This document shows, one piece after another, positions 1 through 8,650 of a stretch of 64,000 bases of DNA. A program made the position numbers and the translations under genes. The stretch is taken from the NCBI GenBank assembly GCA_963708135.1, contig OY970192.1:3648001-3712000 (forward strand), written 5' to 3'. Source of the stretch: an uncultured Gemmatimonadales bacterium. Lineage in GTDB: Bacteria; Gemmatimonadota; Gemmatimonadetes; Longimicrobiales; RSA9. Numbering within the stretch: position 1 is the stretch's first letter; each line of letters opens with the position of its first letter. Below the pieces are notes generated by a model, which had not been told where the DNA came from, did no database searches, and worked only from the letters and a program-made list of their open reading frames with translations.

Positions 1-3000
1 CCGCGCCTGCGGGGGAGCCTCGCTGGCCGAATCTGTGACCCACGGCGGGTCCGGTCCATCCCCGCGCCTGCGGGGGAGCCGTGCGCGCGGAACGGCAGCG
101 TCGCCGTGCATCGGGTCCATCCCCGCGCCTGCGGGGGAGCCTGCTCACCGGCTCAGCTCCCGGCCTCGAGCTGGGGTCCATCCCCGCGCCTGCGGGGGAG
201 CCATCGCCCTCGGGTCCGGCGGCCGCGGCGTCTGGGGTCCATCCCCGCGCCTGCGGGGGAGCCGCGCCCGCCACGGTCACGGTCATGAGCTCGGAGGGTC
301 CATCCCCGCGCCTGCGGGGGAGCCTGATGTTCTTCCGAATGCCGTCCATCATGTCGGGGTCCATCCCCGCGCCTGCGGGGGAGCCTCCATCTCCGGGTCC
401 TGCACGTAGAAGCCCATGGGTCCATCCCCGCGCCTGCGGGGGAGCCCTCTATGCGCTGAACGGCGTCAACAGCACGGCGGGTCCATCCCCGCGCCTGCGG
501 GGGAGCCAATGTTGCGCACGTTGGCGCGGTCCATCGCGAGGGTCCATCCCCGCGCCTGCGGGGGAGCCACGTCCATGGGCGTCCTCTCCGCGAGCAAAAC
601 CGGTCCATCCCCGCGCCTGCGGGGGAGCCCTTCATAGGTCCTCCTCGGCTTCTCTCCAACACGGTCCATCCCCGCGCCTGCGGGGGAGCCCGGTCGATGT
701 AACCGTCGAAGTAGAGCTGCCAGGGTCCATCCCCGCGCCTGCGGGGGAGCCGAACGCGGCATTGACCTCGGTCGAGGACGGCGGGGTCCATCCCCGCGCC
801 TGCGGGGGAGCCAGGCGCTTCTCCGCCCATGACTCCTCGTCATACGGTCCATCCCCGCGCCTGCGGGGGAGCCCCCGATCCGCAGCGGCTCGCGGCGATC
901 CTGAGGGGTCCATCCCCGCGCCTGCGGGGGAGCCTCGTGGTCATCGCCGTGATCCTCCCCACGCGAGGGTCCATCCCCGCGCCTGCGGGGGAGCCGGGTT
1001 ACACCCATCGGCGCTGCGCCTTACTGGCGGTCCATCCCCGCGCCTGCGGGGGAGCCAGCGCATGGACGGAAGCGAAGCTCAACGCGATGGGTCCATCCCC
1101 GCGCCTGCGGGGGAGCCCGCACCGCCTCCAGTGCGAAGCCCATGATCGCGGGTCCATCCCCGCGCCTGCGGGGGAGCCCCGACGTGGCTGCGATGCCCCT
1201 CTCCGAAACAGGGTCCATCCCCGCGCCTGCGGGGGAGCCCAGACGCGCGACGGGGAAAAGTACCTGCTGTACGGTCCATCCCCGCGCCTGCGGGGGAGCC
1301 ATCACGGTGCGCGAGGCCGCGATCCTCCAGAGCGGTCCATCCCCGCGCCTGCGGGGGAGCCGCCAGCTCCGCCGCGCTGAACGCGCTGTGGACCGGTCCA
1401 TCCCCGCGCCTGCGGGGGAGCCATATGCCGGGGGCCTTTCCCGGCTGGGAAATGCGGTCCATCCCCGCGCCTGCGGGGGAGCCGGCTATTGTGCGCATGG
1501 CCGTCCTCCTGAGAGGGGTCCATCCCCGCGCCTGCGGGGGAGCCACCGGGGAGGTGCGCGGAATCCTCTCCGGGAGGGGTCCATCCCCGCGCCTGCGGGG
1601 GAGCCACGGCCGGCGGGGCCGGGACCTCATCCTGCGTGGGTCCATCCCCGCGCCTGCGGGGGAGCCCACTGGAGGCCGCCGTCGCCGTCCCATTCCCGCG
1701 GTCCATCCCCGCGCCTGCGGGGGAGCCCCAGCCGGGAAAGGCCCCCGGCATGTAACAATGGGTCCATCCCCGCGCCTGCGGGGGAGCCGCTCTCACGGAG
1801 ATGCAGGCTGACCTCGCCTCGGGTCCATCCCCGCGCCTGCGGGGGAGCCTGCCAGGCTTCGACCGGAAAACTGGCATCGGTGGGTCCATCCCCGCGCCTG
1901 CGGGGGAGCCCAGCGCCCCCGCGCACCGCGGCGACCCAGGCCGGGTCCATCCCCGCGCCTGCGGGGGAGCCAGGCCGGGAAACGGCGGTGCCTCCCAGCA
2001 CAGCGGTCCATCCCCGCGCCTGCGGGGGAGCCGCGGTGAGACTCTCGCCGCTGTCGCCCTTCGCGGGTCCATCCCCGCGCCTGCGGGGGAGCCACAAGCA
2101 CATCCATTTACTGTAGCTCCAGATGGGGTCCATCCCCGCGCCTGCGGGGGAGCCCAGACGCGCGACGGGGAAAAGTACCTGCTGTACGGTCCATCCCCGC
2201 GCCTGCGGGGGAGCCGGCGACCTCTTCCATCTCGTCGTCTGGGCTCCGGGTCCATCCCCGCGCCTGCGGGGGAGCCCCCATCTGGCTCAGGCGATCGAAG
2301 ACTTCCGCGGGTCCATCCCCGCGCCTGCGGGGGAGCCCGCCATTCGCCACGGAGCACGAAGTGCGAGAAAGGTCCATCCCCGCGCCTGCGGGGGAGCCCG
2401 TGGATCACGCGGCTGTGGTGCACCCGGGTCGGGTCCATCCCCGCGCCTGCGGGGGAGCCAGGGCCGGCGAGTACATGGCGGTGTTCTTCACGGGTCCATC
2501 CCCGCGCCTGCGGGGGAGCCGACCTTGTCGCACCGATCCGTGAGCGTCATACCGGTCCATCCCCGCGCCTGCGGGGGAGCCGGATCCGTCTCCCACTCGA
2601 CAATGTCCGCGTACGGTCCATCCCCGCGCCTGCGGGGGAGCCGGCGAGCCGGCGCGGTAGCGCCACGGCCGCAGGGGTCCATCCCCGCGCCTGCGGGGGA
2701 GCCCGAACTCAGCGCCGTAAACCATGCCCGCCAGAAGGTCCATCCCCGCGCCTGCGGGGGAGCCGAGTGCACATGCCCCTCGAACTGCTCCCATATAGGT
2801 CCATCCCCGCGCCTGCGGGGGAGCCGAGGCCGCCCCATGGGGGGAGTGATGACCACACGGTCCATCCCCGCGCCTGCGGGGGAGCCGCCGTCGGTGCGTC
2901 CGATGACGAGCTCGCGATGGGTCCATCCCCGCGCCTGCGGGGGAGCCGATGCCAGCGCCTTCGCCGTCTCCGGCGTGACCGGTCCATCCCCGCGCCTGCG

Positions 3001-4716
3001 GGGGAGCCCCCCCGTCGACGTCCAGCGTCTCGCCATCGGCGGGTCCATCCCCGCGCCTGCGGGGGAGCCTACGATGTGGCGGATCCGGCGCCCGCGATCT
3101 GCGGTCCATCCCCGCGCCTGCGGGGGAGCCTTCGGCGGCGTGCTCGAAGGCCGCGTCCTCTACGGTCCATCCCCGCGCCTGCGGGGGAGCCGACCCTTCC
3201 GTGGTATATGGCATTTGAGCACGCGGTCCATCCCCGCGCCTGCGGGGGAGCCAGGCGGTCGGCCCGCTCCACGTACTTCCACACCGGTCCATCCCCGCGC
3301 CTGCGGGGGAGCCCGCACCGCCTCCAGTGCGAAGCCCATGATCGCGGGTCCATCCCCGCGCCTGCGGGGGAGCCTGGAGCGCGGCCGACGATCTGGTGCT
3401 ATCGCCGGGTCCATCCCCGCGCCTGCGGGGGAGCCGGGCAGCGATCTACCAGCAGATCGGGAACAGCGGGTCCATCCCCGCGCCTGCGGGGGAGCCTGGA
3501 TCCGGGGCGACCTGCGCCCGGTGCGTCTGGGTCCATCCCCGCGCCTGCGGGGGAGCCGCCCAGGAGATGGGCGAGTGGGGTGCGCCGAAGGGTCCATCCC
3601 CGCGCCTGCGGGGGAGCCGGCGATCCGGGCTACGGCGTGGAGCCGGCCCGGGGTCCATCCCCGCGCCTGCGGGGGAGCCCGGTCTCGACCTGGTCGAGTG
3701 CAGGGAAGCTCAGGTCCATCCCCGCGCCTGCGGGGGAGCCTGCGCAGCGCGCGGCTGCTCCTCGCGATCGTGGGGTCCATCCCCGCGCCTGCGGGGGAGC
3801 CGCCGCGCGAAGGCGATGGGCAGGACCGGCAACAGGTCCATCCCCGCGCCTGCGGGGGAGCCCGATCTACATCCACGAGCTTAACTGGGAATGGCGGTCC
3901 ATCCCCGCGCCTGCGGGGGAGCCCCCATCTGGCTCAGGCGATCGAAGACTTCCGCGGGTCCATCCCCGCGCCTGCGGGGGAGCCGATCTCAGCCGTATCA
4001 CCGCGCCGCTGAACGTGGGTCCATCCCCGCGCCTGCGGGGGAGCCGCACCCCCCTTTTGCTTCCGATTTGCTTGAGGGGGTCCATCCCCGCGCCTGCGGG
4101 GGAGCCGCCCTGGCGGCGGCTGCGGCGTCCGTGGCGGCGGGTCCATCCCCGCGCCTGCGGGGGAGCCCAGCCGCCGCAGATCAGCCCAGGCCACACGGCG
4201 GGTCCATCCCCGCGCCTGCGGGGGAGCCGTCTTCGCGCTCCGCGGGCACGATGCGGAGCAGGGTCCATCCCCGCGCCTGCGGGGGAGCCCCGTCTCTGCC
4301 TGGGCCGCGGTAGCTCTCGACGGGTCCATCCCCGCGCCTGCGGGGGAGCCTGGAAGGGCGCCGTACTGCCCCTCCGGCGCAGGGGTCCATCCCCGCGCCT
4401 GCGGGGGAGCCCTTTCCCGGCTGGGAAATCCTTGACACCGCTAGGGTCCATCCCCGCGCCTGCGGGGGAGCCGTCGAGGCACTGGAGGCCGCCGTCTCCG
4501 ACCCAGGTCCATCCCCGCGCCTGCGGGGGAGCCGAAGTCCGAGCACTTCTCCCGCCTCCTCCCCGGGGTCCATCCCCGCGCCTGCGGGGGAGCCCCGGCC
4601 GGGCCGGGTCAGCGGTTGAACGTGAACGGTCCATCCCCGCGCCTGCGGGGGAGCCGCAGGGGGTGGACATCAGGCGGCCTCCTGATTGGGTCCATCCCCG
4701 CGCCTGCGGGGGAGCC
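1..4716 (-). CRISPR. Type I-E CRISPR array: 77 full repeats plus 1 truncated repeat, 77 spacers; continues beyond the left edge
   Basis: 28-bp repeat GGTCCATCCCCGCGCCTGCGGGGGAGCC (+) starts at 53+61k up to 4689, with 33-nt spacers. Its reverse complement GGCTCCCCCGCAGGCGCGGGGATGGACC has the I-E CCCCGC-N4-GCGGGG hairpin. Adjacent cas operon is on the minus strand, so the leader end is at the high-coordinate side. Confidence 0.99.
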
Positions 4717-4773
4717 TCTGTCAAGAAACCAGACAGGGGGTCGGATGCGCAAGTCCAGCCTTCTGGTTTTGGG
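4717..4773 (-). promoter_or_regulatory. CRISPR leader (57 bp between the cas2 stop codon and the first repeat)
   Basis: Position between the reconstructed cas2 stop (4774-4776) and the repeat ending at 4716; lower GC; small inverted repeat CTGTC-N9-GACAG at 4718-4736. Confidence 0.7.
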
Positions 4774-4868
4774 TCAGGCGGTGGGTTCGGGCTGTTCTGA
4801 AGGGGGGAGGGCTCGGCGGGCGAGGAGGAGGCCGTCAGCGTCGCAGATTTCGCGAGGGGGAACCCCTA

Positions 4869-6074
4869 GTACCGCGCCACAGTGGTCATGATGCGTAAAG
4901 GCGGTGGAGCTTGGATCGCGCATCGGAGACAGTGAAACGCCAGGTGGTGGGAGCTCGGACGGCGTTGCGGGGGGTCTCCCAGGCGAGGGTCTCGGCCCGC
5001 AGCCGGTCAACGTTGTCAAGGCGGCGGTGCAGGCACTGGCGACCGAGGATCGAGATCTCGATTTCGGCCATGTTGAGCCAGCTCCCGTGCTTGGGCGTGT
5101 AATGGAACTCGAGCTTGCGCAGGATACGGCGCGCTTCGGCGGCCTCGAAGGTCTCGTACAGGGCTGCGCCCGTGTGGCTGCTCAGGTTGTCGAGCACGAC
5201 GCGGATCTTGTCGGCGTCCGCGCAATGCACGTCAACCAGTGCGCGCATCTGCTGGGCGAAGTCCGCATTCGTGCGACGGGCGGTGACGTCCACATGCCGC
5301 CAGCCTCGCAGCGGCTCCACGAGCAGGAAGAGGTTGGCGGTCCCGCGGCGCACGTACTCGTAGTCAACGCGTTGGCGCCGACCCGGAGCGGCCGGCACCG
5401 GCAGGCGGGTTTCCCCGATGAGCTGGTAGGGCACTTCATCGAAGCACACCACCGGGCGCCGGGGGTCGTAGGGCTCCTGGTAGAGGTCGAGCACGTCCTC
5501 CATGCGGCAGACGAAGTCCCAACTCACCGTCGGGATGCACCACGCTTCCTTCTGCCAGGGCTTCAGGTCGTTTTTTTTAGAAGCCGTCGGACCGTCTCGT
5601 CCGTGATCGCGTCCACCACACGCAACTCGATCAGCTTGTCGGCCAGGAGCTGCATGGTCCAGCGCACGCGCCCCTCCGGAGGCGCGCTGCACGCCAGCGC
5701 GACCAGGAAGGCTTCCTGCTTGCCGTCCAGCAGCCGCGCTTTGCCCGGCCGAGGCCGATCGTTGAGCGCCCGCTCCAAACCGCCCTCGACGAAGCGCAGC
5801 CGCGTGCGCTCCACCGTGCACTTCCCCAGGTGCAGCGCGGCCGCAATCGCCTTGTCGGTCACGCCCTCGTCGGCCAGCAACAGGATGCGCGCGCGGTTCA
5901 CCCGGCGCACCCGCGCCTTGCCGCCCTGGAGCAGGCGCTTGAGTTCGGCCCGCTCGTCGTCCGTGAGGTCCACGATATACTTCTTGGCCATCTGCCCTCC
6001 TCGCTGGGGGTCCGACAAATGGGCCAACAATATAGCACGGAACTTTAGTCCTCACAATCATGATGGCTGAGTAC
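4869..6074 (-). mobile_element. IS630-family insertion sequence, 1206 bp
   Basis: TA duplication at 4867-4868 and 6075-6076 (empty site CCTAGG); both ends start GTAC with imperfect ~25-bp terminal inverted repeats; encodes a DDE transposase. Confidence 0.93.
4886..5991 (-). CDS. IS630 transposase, two ORFs joined by a -1 frameshift near 5571-5578
   Basis: ORF A (5991-5563) MAKKYIVDLTDDERAEL...RPRPG...WTMQLLAD is the HTH region; ORF B carries CFDE...VLDNLSSH...YTPKHGSWLNMAEIE (DDE). An A8C run lies at the junction; GGAGG RBS upstream. Confidence 0.92.
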
Positions 6075-6279
6075 TAGGAGGCGGATGCTCTGGCCGCCGG
6101 CGGAGGAAGAGTCGGGGTAGGTCATGAGGACGGCGCCGCCGCCCAGGTCCGCGTACCAGTCCTCGAGGACGGACCAGACGCGTAGGCGGACGCCCCGCGT
6201 CATCCGGGGGGAGGTGTACACGCCGGGTGCGATTTCGAGCATGCACGACGCGAGAAAACCTCGGAACCGTGGGGCGACG

Positions 6280-7173
6280 TCAACCGTCACGACGATCGTC
6301 ATTGGCATTGAGGAGATCCTTGATGCGATCGATCATTGCCGGGATCACCCGCTTCTCTCGGAGTGTCTTGCCAGACAGCTTACGGGCGATTCGCTCGAAG
6401 GGAACTGCTGGCGTGCGCAGGTGCTCCCGAACCGCGCCGAACGCGACCGGAAGTGTGATGTTGTCGCGGAACAGGTCCGCGACGTCGAGCGCGAACGCAT
6501 GGCCCGAGTCCTCGTGGATGAAGCCCAACTGCGGGATCGCTCCACTCACCGCGACGGCAACCAGTGCGGCCGCCTCGACTGCGGTCGCCGCATGGTTGAT
6601 CGCCTGGTTCGACAGGTCCGCCGCGAACGGATCCTCTCGGTCGTAGCGCCGTCCTTCCCATTCGACGCCGTACTGTTCCGCGACCCTGCGGTAGGTCTCC
6701 TTCATTCGGACGCCCTCGATTCCCCGGAGAACGCTGATCTCGGCCGCGGGGAAGACCTCACCGAGGCGCAGCGCGTACATCCGGCGGGCGATCCCGATCC
6801 GGTCCGAGGCGTCGGCCCAGAGGGCCGTCTGTCGGCGCGCAAGGGCCGAGCTGTCCGGTCCGAACGGCATGCTGGCGTAGAGCCGCACACCGTCCTCCCC
6901 CGAGGCGACGAGACCCGTGCCGTGGCGCGCGAGAAGCCGAAGCGCATCGTGGCTGACGGTCGTGCCCGGTTCCAGCACAACGCAGGAGACGAGCTGGAAC
7001 GGGATGGCGTAATCGCCGGCAGGGAGGTCCGCGGCGCCGCCTCCCGTGGTAGAGAAACGCAACGTCCCGTCTTCCACGTACAGCTGTCCGCGCGCCAGCC
7101 AGAGTAGGCCATGCCGGTCGCCATGCGGAACCCGAGCCGTCTCGAGTCCCAGCCGCCCCTTGAGCACACTCAT
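6280..7173 (-). CDS. cas1: Type I-E Cas1
   Basis: MSVLKGRLGLETARVPHGDRHGLLWL; LEPGTTVSHDALRLL; catalytic GIEG, GFIHE and DVADLF; ATGA overlap with cas6e. Confidence 0.96.
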   Translation of the reverse strand: MSVLKGRLGLETARVPHGDRHGLLWLARGQLYVEDGTLRFSTTGGGAADLPAGDYAIPFQLVSCVVLEPGTTVSHDALRLLARHGTGLVASGEDGVRLYASMPFGPDSSALARRQTALWADASDRIGIARRMYALRLGEVFPAAEISVLRGIEGVRMKETYRRVAEQYGVEWEGRRYDREDPFAADLSNQAINHAATAVEAAALVAVAVSGAIPQLGFIHEDSGHAFALDVADLFRDNITLPVAFGAVREHLRTPAVPFERIARKLSGKTLREKRVIPAMIDRIKDLLNANDDRRDG

Positions 7174-7919
7174 GGAGCGGGCGGCCGAAGCAACAGCATT
7201 CCGAATCCGAACGCGCGGTGGCGGCCGATCCCGCGGCCGAGGAGCACCGTAAAGGCATCGCCGTTGACGATCTGCAGCTCTCCGGCCACATGGACGTCCG
7301 GGCGGGCCTTTACCGACGACGTGCGGTCCTCCGCTTGGTTCCTCCGCACCAGCCGCTCCAGCTTGAAACCCTCGAGCCGCAGGCCGCGTGGCCGCGCGGC
7401 GGCGGGGGGGATCCTCGCCATGAACCATTCCCGATATACGTCCTGCCTCGAGACGGGAGTGTTCGATCCCTCAGCCGCGCAACGGGCGAGGAATGCGTCC
7501 AGCTCCGCGCCGGGGCGATGCGTGGTAGATCCCCGGGCCACTCGAACCACCGGACAGACGCGTGCCGAGAACGCCACCCGGGTTCCGGGCGGCCACGCCT
7601 CCGGCATCGGCTTCACGGCAAACTCGTCCCAATCAGAGGCGCCGTGAACCCACGGATCCGCGAACGCGTCGGCGTGGCGACGGAGTTCCTCTTCCGACCG
7701 GCCGGTGTATGCCAGGATCTCGATCGAGCGCCGGATCTGGCGGCCAACCGAAAACGGCTTGGGCGCGGCGTCGCCGAACAACTCGCCCATCATGCAGTGC
7801 ACGAGGTAGCCGGTGTCCACGTCCCGGATGGGGAGCCGCCGCCGCCGGCCGAGCTCGATCAGCTTCCGTGAGTCGAGGTGCAGCCTCGCCAGGCGTAGCC
7901 GCATGTCAGCCTTCGGCAT
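7170..7919 (-). CDS. cas6e: Cas6e (Cse3/CasE) crRNA endonuclease
   Basis: C-terminal Gly-rich loop GIGRHRAFGFGMLLL; operon position; start chosen at MPKADM after a GAGGAG RBS. Confidence 0.93.
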   Translation of the reverse strand: MPKADMRLRLARLHLDSRKLIELGRRRRLPIRDVDTGYLVHCMMGELFGDAAPKPFSVGRQIRRSIEILAYTGRSEEELRRHADAFADPWVHGASDWDEFAVKPMPEAWPPGTRVAFSARVCPVVRVARGSTTHRPGAELDAFLARCAAEGSNTPVSRQDVYREWFMARIPPAAARPRGLRLEGFKLERLVRRNQAEDRTSSVKARPDVHVAGELQIVNGDAFTVLLGRGIGRHRAFGFGMLLLRPPAP

Positions 7920-8646
7920 GATCGGGCTCCTCGATGTCGATCGGGCCATGCCGGACGAGGCGGCGGCCGCCGTGGATCTGGTTCGTCCAGTCCCGCTCGT
8001 CGGTGACTGCCACCAGGGCGCCGCCTTCGTTCCCCTCCTCCGCCGGCCACCAACCGATAGCGCTGATCGGGTCCGCATCGCGAGCGGGATCGACCGGGGC
8101 ATACCGCCGTCGGAGCGCGCCCCGGAGGCTGGGCGCACTCACCCGCCCAAGGAGCAGCCGCGTTGCCGGGATGCACGGTTTCCGACCGAGGAAGAGGGGC
8201 CGCTCGGGTGCGTCCAGCGCCACGGCAAGTGCGTCTAGAGTGGGGGCAGAGTCCGGCGGGTCGAGGGTCACGGCGACGGTGTATACGGCGTCGGCGAGGT
8301 ACTGGCGCGTCCGGATATGGGTCGCCTCCCGGGCCGACCCCCCGGCCCGGCGCTCGACGGCTCCCCGCGTGGTCCATCCCGTATCCACGAGGAAATCCTG
8401 CCCGAGATCCACTGTCTGGAAATCGGTCAACCTCTCGCCGGGCCGGTCGCAGCGCGCGGCCATGCGAAGCCGGCGCTGGAGCGACTGGAGCGCATCGGAA
8501 TCGCGGTGGTCGTAGCCGAGCGCATTGCCGAGCAGTCCGACAACCATCGAGAGAGTCGGGTGGTCCTGGATGACCCCGCGGTTGTCGACGATCGGGCCGC
8601 CGAAGCTCATTAACGGCGCATCGAACCGCAGTAGGAGCGCGTCCAT
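7906..8646 (-). CDS. cas5: Cas5e (CasD)
   Basis: LLLRFDAPLMSFGG; PTLSMVVGLLGNALG; RQYLADA; LFLGRKPC. Confidence 0.95.
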   Translation of the reverse strand: MDALLLRFDAPLMSFGGPIVDNRGVIQDHPTLSMVVGLLGNALGYDHRDSDALQSLQRRLRMAARCDRPGERLTDFQTVDLGQDFLVDTGWTTRGAVERRAGGSAREATHIRTRQYLADAVYTVAVTLDPPDSAPTLDALAVALDAPERPLFLGRKPCIPATRLLLGRVSAPSLRGALRRRYAPVDPARDADPISAIGWWPAEEGNEGGALVAVTDERDWTNQIHGGRRLVRHGPIDIEEPDHAEG

Positions 8647-8650
8647 CGTT

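Larger units (their letters stand above)
4774..6308 (-). pseudogene. cas2: cas2 (type I-E) interrupted by IS630; 5' part 6308-6075, 3' part 4866-4774
   Basis: N-terminus MPMTIVVTVDVAPRFRGFLASCMLEIAPGVY is typical of I-E Cas2. Removing 4869-6074 and one TA restores an in-frame 108-aa ORF ending SIRLL|GVPPREICDADGLLLARRALPPSEQPEPTA. Confidence 0.93.

Noticed and set aside
508..2919. 9-nt overlap CTCGCGATG between spacer 508-540 (reverse) and spacer 2887-2919
   Set aside because: Too short, implies non-AA PAMs, and a similar word occurs in another spacer.
4107..4139. Possible self-targeting of 39320-39338 by this spacer (19-nt match CCTGGCGGCGGCTGCGGCG)
   Set aside because: Low-complexity GC-rich match confined to the PAM-distal part; the seed does not match. 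No convincing self-target was seen by eye, but a computed search is needed.
35..4800. Many long ORFs over the array, including 999 aa at 1801-4800 and 629 aa at 2123-4012
   Set aside because: Artefacts of a stop-free GC-rich repeat; translations cycle GPSPRLRGS/SIPAPAGEP/VHPRACGGA.
4774..5019. 81-aa ORF as an independent gene
   Set aside because: Chimera of IS sequence and the displaced cas2 tail.
6045..6308. 87-aa ORF as an intact cas2
   Set aside because: The last 9 residues come from the IS end; the native C-terminus is at 4866-4774.
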